From the NCBI GenBank assembly GCA_036382875.1, contig DASVPJ010000044.1:159891-223890 (forward strand): a stretch of DNA of 64,000 nt, written 5' to 3'. A program made the position numbers and the translations under genes. Below, piece by piece: positions 1-9,142 of the stretch (positions are counted from its first letter, which is position 1; every line of letters starts with the position of its first letter). Source of the stretch: Mycobacteriales bacterium (GTDB lineage: Bacteria > Actinomycetota > Actinomycetes > BP-191). Below the pieces are notes generated by a model. It was given only the letters and a program-made list of their open reading frames with translations, was not told the origin of the DNA and searched no databases.

Positions 1-573
1 CACGGCGGCGGGCGCTACCTGCACCACAACTTCGTCGTCGCCGTGCTGAACGACCTGTTCGGCATCCAGGCGCGCGGCGGCTGCTCGTGCGCCGGGCCGT
101 ACGGGCACCGGCTGCTCGGCATCGACCTCGACCGCTCGCACGAGTTCGAGCGCGAGATCACCCGCGGCTGCGAGGGCATCAAGCCCGGCTGGGTGCGGGT
201 CAACTTCAACTACTTCATCACCGACACGGTCTTCGAGTACGTGCTCGACGCCGTCCACCTCATCGCGAGCGAGGGGTGGAAGCTGCTGCCGCACTACGCG
301 TTCGAGCCGCACACCGGCGAGTGGCGGCACCGCGGCGGCGCGGTCGAGCCGCCGCTGTCGCTGCACGACGTGTCGTACGAGGGCGGGCGGTTCTCGTACC
401 CGAAGCGCCACCGGACGGAGCCGGAGTCGGCGCTGGCCGGCTACCTCGCCGAGGCGCGCCGCATCCTCGACGCGGCGGCGGCCGAACGACGCGACTGCCC
501 GGTCCCGGAGGGCCTCTCGGCCGACTTCGAGCACCTGCGGTGGTTCCCGCTGCCGGGTGAGGCGATCGGCTGA
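1..573 (+). CDS. Aminotransferase class V-fold PLP-dependent enzyme, C-terminal fragment (5' end outside window)
   Basis: Frame 1 is open from base 1 with very high GC3. C-terminal motif 'RGGCSCAGPYGH' resembles the cysteine desulfurase / selenocysteine lyase-like fold. Stop at 571-573. Confidence 0.6.
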   Translation, partial: HGGGRYLHHNFVVAVLNDLFGIQARGGCSCAGPYGHRLLGIDLDRSHEFEREITRGCEGIKPGWVRVNFNYFITDTVFEYVLDAVHLIASEGWKLLPHYAFEPHTGEWRHRGGAVEPPLSLHDVSYEGGRFSYPKRHRTEPESALAGYLAEARRILDAAAAERRDCPVPEGLSADFEHLRWFPLPGEAIG

Positions 574-576
574 CGC

Positions 577-880
577 CCTCCCCGTTCTGAAAATCGCCAC
601 GCGGGGAGGGGGCCGTGCCGGCTGCACAGAACGGGCCGGCCCACGCCGGCGCCTCCGGCGCCGCGCTGCACTCTGGGCCGCGCGGCCGAACGCGGGTCGC
701 CCGCCCGGTGCCGGCGGGTGCTGTGTCGCCATCCGTTCTGTGAAGATCACCACGCGGGGAGGGGGCCGTGCCGGCTGCACAGAACGGGCCGGCCCGGCGG
801 CGGCCCGGCGGCGGCCCGGCGGCGGCGCCTCCGGCGCCGCGCCCGCCCGACACGCCGCGCCGCGCCGCGCCACCCACGCC
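577..880. repeat. Tandem duplication of a ~155-bp intergenic unit; each copy carries the inverted repeat ccgttctg-N38-cagaacgg, and the second copy is followed by (ggcggcccg)x3
   Basis: Copy 1 near 577-640 and copy 2 near 732-795 share a 'ccgttctg[aa/tg]aa[a/g]atc[g/a]ccacgcggggagggggccgtgccggctgcacagaacgggccggcc' block. Both are followed by 'cgcctccggcgccgcg'. The 9-mer tandem lies at ~804-830. Confidence 0.6.
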
Positions 881-962
881 GCGCCCACCCCCCGCTGCGC
901 CGCCCGGCGGGCGGGGGCGCCCCCCACGTGTGACCAGCCGCCGCGCGGGCACCCACCACCCC

Positions 963-1880
963 ATGAGGCTGCGTTACCAGGTGGACAGGCTGGAACGGTC
1001 CGAGCGGCTCGACCCGCTGGTCCGTGCGCTGGACGCGTTCTGGCGCCGGGCGCTGCCGGGGAACGGCCGCGCGCGCGACGCGCTGCACGGCACCTGGCTC
1101 GGCCACCCGCTGCACCCGGCGCTCACCGACGTGCCGATCGGCGCGTGGGCGAGCGCGTTGCTGCTCGACGTCACCGCGGGCGACCGCGCGGCCGGCCCGA
1201 GCCAGGCGCTCGTCGGCGCGGGCCTGCTCGCCGCGGTCCCGACGGCGATCACCGGCGCCACCGACTGGACGGCGCTCGGCACGACCGAGCGGCCGCGCCG
1301 GGTCGGCGCGGTGCACGCGGTCGCCAACGGCACCGCCACGGTCCTCTACGCCGCCTCCTGGCTGGCCCGCCGCCGCGGCCGCCACGCGACGGGCCGCGCG
1401 CTCGGCTACGCCGGTGCCGCGCTGATGGGCGCCGGCGGCTACCTCGGCGGGCACCTCGCGTACCGCAACGCCGTCGGCGTCGACCGCACGGCCGACGAGA
1501 CGCAGGTCGGCGAGTGGACCGAGGTCTGCCTGCTGCGCGACCTGCCGATGCGGGTGCCGGTCCGCCGCCGGGTCGGCGAGGCGGACGTGCTGCTGTACCG
1601 GATCGGCTCGACGGTCCGCGCGATCGCGGCCACCTGCTCGCACCTCGGCGGACCGCTGGAGGAGGGCCACGTCCAGGAGGACTGCGTCACCTGCCCGTGG
1701 CACGGCTCGACGTTCGACCTCACCGACGGCTCGGTCGTACGCGGCCCGGCGACCGCGCCGCAGCCGGCCTACGAGGTGCGCGTCGTCGGCCGCACGGTGT
1801 CGGTCCGCCGCGAGCGGCGGCCGGCCCGCGAGGCGGTGCGCGACGAGGACGCCGTGACCCTCGCGGACCGGGCTCGTTAG
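963..1880 (+). CDS. Rieske [2Fe-2S] domain protein with N-terminal DUF2231-like membrane domain
   Basis: Motifs 'CSHLGGPLEEG' and 'CPWHGSTF'. Internal ATG at 963 chosen over the GC-artefact upstream extension of ORF 768..1880. Confidence 0.75.
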   Translation: MRLRYQVDRLERSERLDPLVRALDAFWRRALPGNGRARDALHGTWLGHPLHPALTDVPIGAWASALLLDVTAGDRAAGPSQALVGAGLLAAVPTAITGATDWTALGTTERPRRVGAVHAVANGTATVLYAASWLARRRGRHATGRALGYAGAALMGAGGYLGGHLAYRNAVGVDRTADETQVGEWTEVCLLRDLPMRVPVRRRVGEADVLLYRIGSTVRAIAATCSHLGGPLEEGHVQEDCVTCPWHGSTFDLTDGSVVRGPATAPQPAYEVRVVGRTVSVRRERRPAREAVRDEDAVTLADRAR

Positions 1881-1912
1881 GCAGGGGGCCCAGCAGAAGG
1901 AAGGACTCCGCG

Positions 1913-2209
1913 ATGCTCACCGCGATCGTGCTTCGCGACACGGAGCGCGCCACGCTGTCCCGCCACGAGGTGCTCGCCCTCGAGCACCTGCTGCACGAAC
2001 GCCTCTCCGAGGTCGCCCGCGACCGCCGCTCCGGCGACTCCGCGTTGCTGCTCGCGATCAAGGCCGCCGACTACCTCGCCCCGCTGCTCGACGAGCTCGG
2101 CGACGAGGCGACGTTCGCCCTGCTGGCCACGGTCAGCGCGACCGAGCTGGGCCGGGCCGCGTTCGACCGTGCCACCGCGGTCGCCGCCCTCACCGCGCGC
2201 GCGGCGTAA
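1913..2209 (+). CDS. Hypothetical protein (98 aa)
   Basis: ATG at 1913 is preceded by 'gaaggaagga' RBS. GC3 is near 100%. It is the tail of the artefactual ORF 557..2209. Confidence 0.6.
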   Translation: MLTAIVLRDTERATLSRHEVLALEHLLHERLSEVARDRRSGDSALLLAIKAADYLAPLLDELGDEATFALLATVSATELGRAAFDRATAVAALTARAA

Positions 2210-2257
2210 GGCGACTGTCACGCGTAGGACTCACCCCCTCGGGGCAGCAGTTCGGAC

Positions 2258-2416
2258 ATGAGCACGGAGGAGCTGGCGGAACGCCGCCGCCGCCGCGAGG
2301 AGCTGCTCGAGCAGCGCGCGGCGATGTCGTCCTGGCGCGACCGCCTCCTCGCCCGCCGGACGAAGTACCTCAACGCCCGCCGCGAGCTCGCGCACCGGCT
2401 CAGCCAGCGGTCGTGA
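2258..2416 (+). CDS. Hypothetical small basic coiled-coil protein (52 aa)
   Basis: Absent from the ORF track (<60 aa). ATG at 2258 and TGA at 2414-2416. GC3 is very high and the sequence is Arg/Glu-rich. Confidence 0.45.
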   Translation: MSTEELAERRRRREELLEQRAAMSSWRDRLLARRTKYLNARRELAHRLSQRS

Positions 2417-3413
2417 CCAGCCGGTAGGACGCCGGCCACGCGCCCGGCACGCGTTCGACCAGGCCCCGCGTCTCCAGGTGCCGCAGGTGCGCCAGGGCCT
2501 CGCCGAGCGCCACCCGCTTCATGAACGGCGCGATGTCGTCCCACGCGCGGTTCCACGGCATCGACGCGGCGATGTCCCACGTCGTCAACGGGCCGCCGCG
2601 CAACGACGCGACCAGACCGGCGAGCCGTTCCTCGTGGTGCGCGGACAGCTCGTCGACCCGCTCGGCCATCGCGGTGAACCGGCCGACGTGCGCCGGCAGC
2701 ACCTCGTCAACCGGCTCGGCACGCACCTTCGCCAGCGACGCGAGGTAGTCGCCGAGCGGGTCGGCGCTGGTCTCCTCGTCGTAGAGCCCGATGTGCGGGC
2801 TGATCCGCGGCATCACGTGGTCGCCGGCCAGCAACAGCCCGTCCACCGCGAAGCAGGTGTGGCCGGGCGAGTGGCCGGGGGTCCAGATCGCGCGGACCTC
2901 CCACCCCGGCACGTCGACCCAGTCGCCGTCCGCGAACAGCCGCGTCGGCAGCGCCGGCAGCTCCCGGCGGTGCGGCGCGATGCCGGTGAAGTCCGGCAGC
3001 GCGCCGAGCACCTCCTCCGGAGCGCCGGCCGACAGCATCACGGCGGCGGTCTCCAGCAGCCACGTCTCGGCGGTGTCCCGCCACCGCGAGACGACCCAGG
3101 CGTCCTCGGGGTGCATCGCGAGCCACGCACCGGACGCGTCGCGCACCTTGCCGGACAGGCCGTGGTGGTCGGGGTGGACGTGCGTCACGAGCACGCCGTA
3201 GACGTCCGCGACGTCGTGGCCGGTCTCGGCGATGCCAGCGCGCAACGCCTCCCACGCCTGCGGGTCGTCCCAGCCGGTGTCCACGAGCACCGGGCCGGAC
3301 GCGGTCTCGAACAGGTAGACCAGCGTGAAGCCGAGCGGGTTGTCGGGGATCAGGACCGGCACCGACCACAGGCCCGGCCGGAGCTGCTCGACCGGAGGGG
3401 GACGCAACGCCAC
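2400..3413 (-). CDS. MBL-fold metallo-hydrolase
   Basis: Metallo-beta-lactamase motif 'THVHPDHHG' and later 'GHSPGH'. GTG start. Confidence 0.85.
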   Translation of the reverse strand: MALRPPPVEQLRPGLWSVPVLIPDNPLGFTLVYLFETASGPVLVDTGWDDPQAWEALRAGIAETGHDVADVYGVLVTHVHPDHHGLSGKVRDASGAWLAMHPEDAWVVSRWRDTAETWLLETAAVMLSAGAPEEVLGALPDFTGIAPHRRELPALPTRLFADGDWVDVPGWEVRAIWTPGHSPGHTCFAVDGLLLAGDHVMPRISPHIGLYDEETSADPLGDYLASLAKVRAEPVDEVLPAHVGRFTAMAERVDELSAHHEERLAGLVASLRGGPLTTWDIAASMPWNRAWDDIAPFMKRVALGEALAHLRHLETRGLVERVPGAWPASYRLVTTAG

Positions 3414-3416
3414 CGG

Positions 3417-4352
3417 CTACGCCCGCGGCGCCGGCGCGGCCGGGCCCGCCGCCTCGAGCGTGCGCAGCAGCGCGATGCGCTCGGTCAGCGGCGGGTGGGT
3501 GTCGAACATGCCGTTGAGCCACGAGCCCTTGGCCTCGCGCTCGAGCGGGCTCTCGATCCAGAGGTGGGCCATCGCGTGCGACGTGTGCGACACCACCGTC
3601 GAGTCCTGGAGCAACGTCTCCAGCGCCCGCCGCAGCCCGGTCGGGTTGCGGGTCAGCGCGACCGCGGACGCATCGGCGAGCGCCTCGCGCTGGCGCGACA
3701 CGGCGGCCTGGATCAGCGCGGCCCCGAGCGGCGCGAGGACGAGCGCGACGACGCCGAGCACCAGCAGCAGCATCTCGAGGCCGCCGCCCTCGCTGTCGCT
3801 GCGCCGCCGGGAGCGGCCGCCGAAGAACGAGAACCGCCAGAACAGGTCGCAGAGCACGACGATCGCGCCGCACACCGCGACGACGAGCGTCGTGACGCGG
3901 GTGTCGCGGTTGAGCACGTGCGCCACCTCGTGGCCGATCACGCCCTGGAGCTGCTCGCGGTCGAGGCGTTCGAGCAGCCCGGTCGTCACCGCGACGACCG
4001 CGTGGTCCGGGTCACGTCCGGTGGCGAACGCGTTCGGCGCCGGGTCGCGCACGACCATCACGCGCGGCTTCGGCAGCCCGGCCGCGATCGCCATCTCCTC
4101 GACCACGTTGTGGAGCTGCGGCGCCTGCTCCGGCGTCACCTCGCGCGCGCCGGCGATGGACAGCGCGAGCTTGTCGGAGAAGTAGTACGACGAGACGGTG
4201 CCGACGCTCGCGATCACCAGCGCCACCACGAGGCCCGCCGGCCCGCCGCCGATGTAGAGGTTGAACGCCTCGGCGACGAGCAGCAGCAGCACGAACGCGG
4301 TGGTGACCAGGAACCACGAACGCCTGCGGTTGCGGGCGATCGCGTCGTACAC
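3417..4352 (-). CDS. htpX: M48 family zinc metalloprotease HtpX-like
   Basis: Motif 'HEVAHV', N-terminal TM helices, and the conserved HtpX-LemA gene pairing. Confidence 0.85.
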   Translation of the reverse strand: MYDAIARNRRRSWFLVTTAFVLLLLVAEAFNLYIGGGPAGLVVALVIASVGTVSSYYFSDKLALSIAGAREVTPEQAPQLHNVVEEMAIAAGLPKPRVMVVRDPAPNAFATGRDPDHAVVAVTTGLLERLDREQLQGVIGHEVAHVLNRDTRVTTLVVAVCGAIVVLCDLFWRFSFFGGRSRRRSDSEGGGLEMLLLVLGVVALVLAPLGAALIQAAVSRQREALADASAVALTRNPTGLRRALETLLQDSTVVSHTSHAMAHLWIESPLEREAKGSWLNGMFDTHPPLTERIALLRTLEAAGPAAPAPRA

Positions 4353-4364
4353 GCGGTGCCTCTC

Positions 4365-4928
4365 TTAGAACTGCACCTGGACGGGGTTCCGCGACGGGTC
4401 CGTCGGGTCCAGCTCGAAGTAGTCGCGGCGGGGGACGTTCGCCATCGGCGCCACGAGCGAGGTCGGGATCGTCTCGATCGCGGTGTTGTTCTGCCGCACG
4501 GTGTCGTTGTAGTGCTGGCGGGCGAACGCGATCTTGTTCTCGGTCGTCGTCAGCTCCTCCTGGAGCGCGGCGAAGTTCTGGTTCGCCTTGAGGTCCGGGT
4601 ACGCCTCGGCGACGGCGAGCAGCCCGCGCAGCGCGTTGGTCAGCGCGCCCTCGGCCTGGCCGATCGCCGCCGGGCTGGCACCCTGCGCGCTCAGCGCCTG
4701 CGCGGCGTTGCGCGCCGCGGTGACGCCTTCGAGCGTCGCGCGCTCGTGCGCGGCGTAGCCCTTGACGGTCTCGACGAGGTTCGGGATGAGGTCGTAGCGC
4801 CGCCGGAGCTGCACGTCGATCTGCGCCCACGCCTCGTCCACCCGGTTACGCAGCCGGACGAGCTTGTTGTAGAGGACGACGAAGATCAGGACGAGCAGCA
4901 CGACTACCCCGAGCACGATCCAGAGCAC
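4365..4928 (-). CDS. lemA: LemA family protein
   Basis: 'LYNKLVRLRNRVDEAWAQIDVQLRRRYDLIPNLVE' matches the LemA core. GTG start at 4928 is preceded by a 'gggaggg' RBS. The long N-terminal extension in the ORF track was rejected. Confidence 0.85.
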   Translation of the reverse strand: MLWIVLGVVVLLVLIFVVLYNKLVRLRNRVDEAWAQIDVQLRRRYDLIPNLVETVKGYAAHERATLEGVTAARNAAQALSAQGASPAAIGQAEGALTNALRGLLAVAEAYPDLKANQNFAALQEELTTTENKIAFARQHYNDTVRQNNTAIETIPTSLVAPMANVPRRDYFELDPTDPSRNPVQVQF

Positions 4929-4944
4929 GGCGGTTCCCTCCCGG

Positions 4945-5766
4945 ATGTGGTTGCCTACGCGCATCGTGGACCACGAACGGCCGCATGGCCACATTCCGGG
5001 CGCGGGGGGCGTCCCGCTGCACGCCGAGGCGTACGGCTCCGGCGACCCGGTGACGGTGTTCGCGGCCGGTCTCGGCGGCACGATCCCCGAGACGCGGACG
5101 CTCGCGTCGGGGGTCGGCGGGACCAGGGTGTTCTACGACGTGCGCGGTCACGGCGGGTCGGGCGTGCCCGCCGACGGCGACTGGTCGTACGCCGCGCTGG
5201 CCGGCGACCTGCGGGCCGTGGCGGGCGCGTACGGAGCCACCCGCGCGGTCGGTGTCTCGATGGGCGCGGCCGCGATGCTCGGCGTGCTCGCCGCGGCGCC
5301 GGACCGGTTCACGCACTGCGTGTTCTTCCTGCCCGCGATCCTCGACACCGCGCGGTCGGACGTGGCGACGACGCGGCTGGGCCGGCTCGCGGCGCGCATC
5401 GACTCCGGCGACGTCGCGGCCGTCGAGGAGCTGCTCGCCGCCGAGCTGCCGGCGCCGCTGCGCTCCTCGCCGGAGGTGGTGGCGTACGTCCGCGCGCGCG
5501 CCGCGACGCTGTCCGGGCCCGGCGTCGCCGGGCTGGTCCGCTGCCTGGTGTCGTCCGCGCCGGTCGCGTCCCGCGCGGCACTCGCGCCGGTCACCGCGCG
5601 CTGCCTCGTCGTCGGCCAGGAGGGCGACGAGGTGCACCCGGCGCGCCTCGCCCGCGAGCTGGCCGAGGCGCTGCCGGGCGCGCGGCTGCACGTGTTCGGC
5701 ACGCCGGGCGGGCTGTGGGCGCACCGGCGCGAGCTGCGGTCACTCGTCGGGGAGTTCCTGGCGTAA
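4945..5766 (+). CDS. Alpha/beta hydrolase fold protein
   Basis: Motifs 'VFAAGLGG' and 'GVSMGAAA' (nucleophile elbow GxSxG). Start is uncertain (ATG 4945 or GTG 4966) and lies tightly divergent from lemA. Confidence 0.7.
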   Translation: MWLPTRIVDHERPHGHIPGAGGVPLHAEAYGSGDPVTVFAAGLGGTIPETRTLASGVGGTRVFYDVRGHGGSGVPADGDWSYAALAGDLRAVAGAYGATRAVGVSMGAAAMLGVLAAAPDRFTHCVFFLPAILDTARSDVATTRLGRLAARIDSGDVAAVEELLAAELPAPLRSSPEVVAYVRARAATLSGPGVAGLVRCLVSSAPVASRAALAPVTARCLVVGQEGDEVHPARLARELAEALPGARLHVFGTPGGLWAHRRELRSLVGEFLA

Positions 5767-5808
5767 TTGGCTGGCCCGCGCGCGGCGCCGCGCGGGAGTC
5801 TCGCCGGC

Positions 5809-6438
5809 ATGTGGAGCGCGCTGTGGACCGGGCTGGCCCTCGGCTTCGTCGTCGGCGCGCAGGTCGGGCCGATCTGGCTGCTGTGCGCGCGGACGACGTT
5901 GCGGGCCGGCGTGGCGAGCGGCCTGGCGATCGGGCTCGGCGCGGCGGTCGTCGACCTCTGCTACGCCGCGCTCGGCGCGGCGGGCGTGGCACCGCTGCTC
6001 GCCGTGGCGTCGTTGCGGATCGTCCTCGGCGTCGCGGGCGGGCTCGTGCTGGTGCTGCTCGGCGTGCGGACGCTGCGCACCGCGTGGCGCGTGCGGCTCG
6101 GCGCGGAGACCCCGGAGGAGACCGTGACGCCGTGGGCGGCGCTGCGCACCGGCCTCGTCGCCACCGCCTCGAACCCGCTCACCGTCGCCTCCTGGGCCGC
6201 CGTCTTCGGCGCCGCGGGGGCGGCCAACGCCGCGTCCCGGACCGCCGCGGGCGCGGCGCTGCTCGTGCTCGGCGTCGGGCTGGGCTCGCTCGCCTGGCAC
6301 CTCGTGCTCGTCGCGGCGATGCGGCTGCTGCGCCGCCGGGTCGGCGACCGCACGCTGCGCGCGGTTGACGGCCTGGCCGGTGCGGCGCTGGTCCTGGGCG
6401 GCGTGACGGTGGGCGCGAAGGCGTTGCGCAACGCCTAG
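5809..6438 (+). CDS. LysE/RhtB family amino acid exporter
   Basis: ~210-aa protein with six TM helices and LysE-type topology. Internal ATG ('MWSALWTGL') chosen. Confidence 0.75.
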   Translation: MWSALWTGLALGFVVGAQVGPIWLLCARTTLRAGVASGLAIGLGAAVVDLCYAALGAAGVAPLLAVASLRIVLGVAGGLVLVLLGVRTLRTAWRVRLGAETPEETVTPWAALRTGLVATASNPLTVASWAAVFGAAGAANAASRTAAGAALLVLGVGLGSLAWHLVLVAAMRLLRRRVGDRTLRAVDGLAGAALVLGGVTVGAKALRNA

Positions 6439-6447
6439 GCTCGGCGC

Positions 6448-7017
6448 ATGAGACGTGCCCTCGCCGTCGTCGTCGCGCTCGCCCTGCTGCCCGGCTGCAC
6501 GAAGAAGGACGGCTCGGACGAACTGCCGCCCCCGGACATCGACGGGGTGCGGGTGTTCCAGGGCCTGTCGCACAGCCACGACGGCCCGTACTCGTACCCG
6601 GAGAAGCCGCCGGTCGGCGGCGCGCACAGCCCGGCCTGGCTCGACTGCGGCGTCTACGACGAGCCGGTGCCGGACGTCAACGCCGTCCACTCGATGGAGC
6701 ACGGCGCGGTCTGGATCACGTACCGGCCGACGCTGTCGGAGGACCAGCGCAACGTGATCCGGCGGCTGCAGGGCCTCAAGCCGGCGTACGTGCTGATCTC
6801 GCCGTACGAGGGCCTGCCGTCGCTCGTCGTGGCGTCCACCTGGGGCTACCAGCTCCAGGTCGACGCGGTCGACGACCCGCGGCTCGCGGAGTTCGTGAAT
6901 GAGTACGCCGGCGGCGACCAGGGCGGCGAGGGCGGCGCGCCCTGCTCGGGCGGGCTGTCGCCCGAGGAGGCGGAGCGGTTCAACGCGTCGCCGGGGGCCA
7001 CGCCACCGGCCATGTAG
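6448..7017 (+). CDS. DUF3105 domain lipoprotein
   Basis: Signal peptide with lipobox 'LLPGC'. Conserved 'HSHDGPYSYPEKPPVGGAHSPAWLDCGVY' block is typical of DUF3105. Confidence 0.7.
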   Translation: MRRALAVVVALALLPGCTKKDGSDELPPPDIDGVRVFQGLSHSHDGPYSYPEKPPVGGAHSPAWLDCGVYDEPVPDVNAVHSMEHGAVWITYRPTLSEDQRNVIRRLQGLKPAYVLISPYEGLPSLVVASTWGYQLQVDAVDDPRLAEFVNEYAGGDQGGEGGAPCSGGLSPEEAERFNASPGATPPAM

Positions 7018-7200
7018 GCGTTGCGCCACCCTCCGGTCACGCTCCGTGAACCGAATGCGGCCTGGTCGCGGCTAAACCTGGCGTGGCCGAGATTTTTGCT
7101 GTCTGTCCGGTTTGGCCGGGTTCCGGGATGGGAAGGGGCGGCGCGGCTCAGGCCGTGCCCACCCGGGGGGCGGCCCCGTCCACCATGGAGGAACCCCGTT

Positions 7201-7860
7201 ATGACGCTGTCCCGGTCCAAGGCAGCCGCCGCAGGCGCCATCGCGTTCGTGCTGGCGGGCGGCTACCTCGCGCAGGGGACGTTCGCGGCGGGCATCCCCG
7301 CGAACAAGGTCGCCGCGTCCGGCTCCGAGCTCGAGGTCGTCGGCGCGAACAACAAGGTCGTGCTCCTGACCGAGACCGTGAAGATCAACAACCCGACCGA
7401 CCTGATCATCAACGCGTCCGCCGAGTGCTCGATCATCACCCAGGTCAAGACGACCGGCGAGGAGATCGCCGAGGCCCAGGGCACCGTCCGCATGTGGGTC
7501 GAGATCGACGGCAAGGCGGTCCCGGTGGCCCAGGAGGACACCGACGCGGGCCGCGTGGTGTTCTGCGACCGCCTGCACCGCCAGGAGGTCAACTTCACCG
7601 CCGACGGCGACGACGACTCCGACTTCGTGAAGACCTACCTCAACACCCGCAACGCGAACAGCTTCCAGTGGCTCGCGCTGAACGTCGGCTCGACGTACCA
7701 GGGCACCGAGGACAACGTTCACACGATCAAGCTGTGGGCGGAGTTCTACACGAGCGAGGCGGTCGAGGAGACGTTCGCCCAGGCGGCGGTCGGCAACCGC
7801 ACGCTCGTCCTCGAGCCGGTCAAGGCCGCGCGCGGCGAGCAGGTCGTCGAGCTCGGGTAG
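7201..7860 (+). CDS. Secreted hypothetical protein
   Basis: ATG at 7201 with a GGAGGA RBS. N-terminal signal peptide and high GC3. Confidence 0.65.
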   Translation: MTLSRSKAAAAGAIAFVLAGGYLAQGTFAAGIPANKVAASGSELEVVGANNKVVLLTETVKINNPTDLIINASAECSIITQVKTTGEEIAEAQGTVRMWVEIDGKAVPVAQEDTDAGRVVFCDRLHRQEVNFTADGDDDSDFVKTYLNTRNANSFQWLALNVGSTYQGTEDNVHTIKLWAEFYTSEAVEETFAQAAVGNRTLVLEPVKAARGEQVVELG

Positions 7861-7879
7861 TTCCCCTGCTGCTCCCTGC

Positions 7880-7909
7880 GGAGGCCCGGGCCCGGCGGTC
7901 CGGGCCTCC
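7880..7909. terminator. Bidirectional hairpin between convergent genes (ggaggcccgg-N10-ccgggcctcc)
   Basis: Perfect 10-bp inverted repeat in the 70-bp gap between the stops of the 7201..7860 (+) and 7930..8451 (-) genes. Confidence 0.55.
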
Positions 7910-7929
7910 GTCGTGCGGGGGGTCCCGTC

Positions 7930-8451
7930 CTACTGGTTGTACGCGCCGCCGTCGCCGCTGCCCGACCCGGACGGCGCGCCCGCGGGCGCGACGGTGTCGC
8001 CGGGCTGCGAGTAGAACGCGCCCTGCATGCCCTGCGCCGCGTGGAACTTGCAGTAGAACCGCACCGCCCCGCTGGCCGGCAGCGCGATCTTGGCCTCGCC
8101 CTTCTGGCCTGGCTGCACGGTCACGTCGGCGAGCCCGTCGACGGTGAACGTGTGCGGCGCGTCGCCCTCGTTCTCCAGCTCCAGCGTCAACGTCGTGCCC
8201 GGCTTCACGCGCACGTACGTCGGCCCGAAGTAGAAGTCGTCGAGCTCCATCTCCGTCTTCGTCTCGGCACTCACGTCCTTCGTGCCGTGGTCGTTGACGG
8301 TCCCGGTCAGCGCGACGGGCGCGGCGGCGCTGGTCGCGCCGCCGCTCGTCGCGCCGCCGCTCGGCGCGGCCTTGCCCCCGCCGTCGTCGCCGCCGCCGCA
8401 CGCGGTGAGCAGCAGGGTCAGGGCGGTACTGGTCACGAGCACCCGGCGCAT
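7930..8451 (-). CDS. Cupredoxin-like blue copper lipoprotein
   Basis: Lipobox 'LLTACGG'. C-terminal 'FYCKFHAAQGMQGAF' is a type-1 copper ligand region. Confidence 0.8.
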   Translation of the reverse strand: MRRVLVTSTALTLLLTACGGGDDGGGKAAPSGGATSGGATSAAAPVALTGTVNDHGTKDVSAETKTEMELDDFYFGPTYVRVKPGTTLTLELENEGDAPHTFTVDGLADVTVQPGQKGEAKIALPASGAVRFYCKFHAAQGMQGAFYSQPGDTVAPAGAPSGSGSGDGGAYNQ

Positions 8452-8515
8452 GGGCCACCTCCACGGTCGTCCGGCGGTTCGACTCTAGATCGCCCGCGCG
8501 GGCGGCGGCGTTACG

Positions 8516-9085
8516 GTGTCGCCCATGGACGGTGTCTCTGACCTGATGGCGGCGGTGTACCGCGGCGACGCGGCCGCGCGGGACGCCATCCTCGCGCGGC
8601 GCGCGCCGGCGGACGTGTTCGAGGCGGCGGCGGTCGGCGACGCGGCGCGGCTCGGCGAGCTGCTCGACGGCGACGCGGCGCTGGCCGGCGCCGTCGCGGC
8701 GGACGGGTTCACGCCGCTGCACCTGGCGTCGTTCTTCGGGCACGCCGAGGCGGTGCGAACGTTGCTGGCCCGCGGCGCGGCGCTGGAGACGGTGGCGGAG
8801 AACCCGATGCGGGTCCGCCCGCTGCACAGCGCGGCGGCGAGCGGCGACACCGAGGTGGTCCGGCTGCTGGCCGGGGCGGGCGCGGACGTGAACGCCCGGC
8901 AGGAGGGCGGGTTCGTGCCGCTGCACGCGGTCGCGCAGAACGGCGACGCGGCGGCGGTCGACCTGCTGCTCGCCGCGGGCGCCGACGCGGCGGCGCGCAC
9001 CGACGACGGGCGCTCGGCGGCGGACCTCGCCCGGGAGGCCGGGCACGCCGACCTCGCGGACCGGCTGGCCGGCGCCGCGACCTGA
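8516..9085 (+). CDS. Ankyrin repeat protein
   Basis: Repeated 'G.TPLH.AA..G....V..LL..GA' units (about 4 repeats). No signal peptide. Confidence 0.8.
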   Translation: MSPMDGVSDLMAAVYRGDAAARDAILARRAPADVFEAAAVGDAARLGELLDGDAALAGAVAADGFTPLHLASFFGHAEAVRTLLARGAALETVAENPMRVRPLHSAAASGDTEVVRLLAGAGADVNARQEGGFVPLHAVAQNGDAAAVDLLLAAGADAAARTDDGRSAADLAREAGHADLADRLAGAAT

Positions 9086-9142
9086 CCGAAAACGCCTCCG
9101 GGACCCGCCCCGGCACCCGAGAATCGAGGGAGTCGCGGAGGG

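Noticed and set aside
768-962. N-terminal 65-aa extension of the Rieske gene (start at 768)
   Set aside because: The extension is Pro/Arg/Ala-rich, covers the duplicated intergenic repeat and (ggcggcccg)x3 microsatellite, and lacks coding character. ATG at 963 begins the conserved protein.
4945-5081. Long N-terminal extension of lemA (start at 5081) overlapping the hydrolase gene
   Set aside because: LemA homologs begin just before the TM helix, and the GTG at 4928 has a strong gggaggg RBS. The upstream extension would overlap the divergent hydrolase.
2478-6368. 1296-aa ORF on the plus strand spanning the MBL hydrolase, htpX and lemA region
   Set aside because: Translation is Arg/Gly/Pro-rich low-complexity with no domain. 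It runs antisense to three well-supported minus-strand genes; the open frame is an artefact of ~75% GC (few stop codons).
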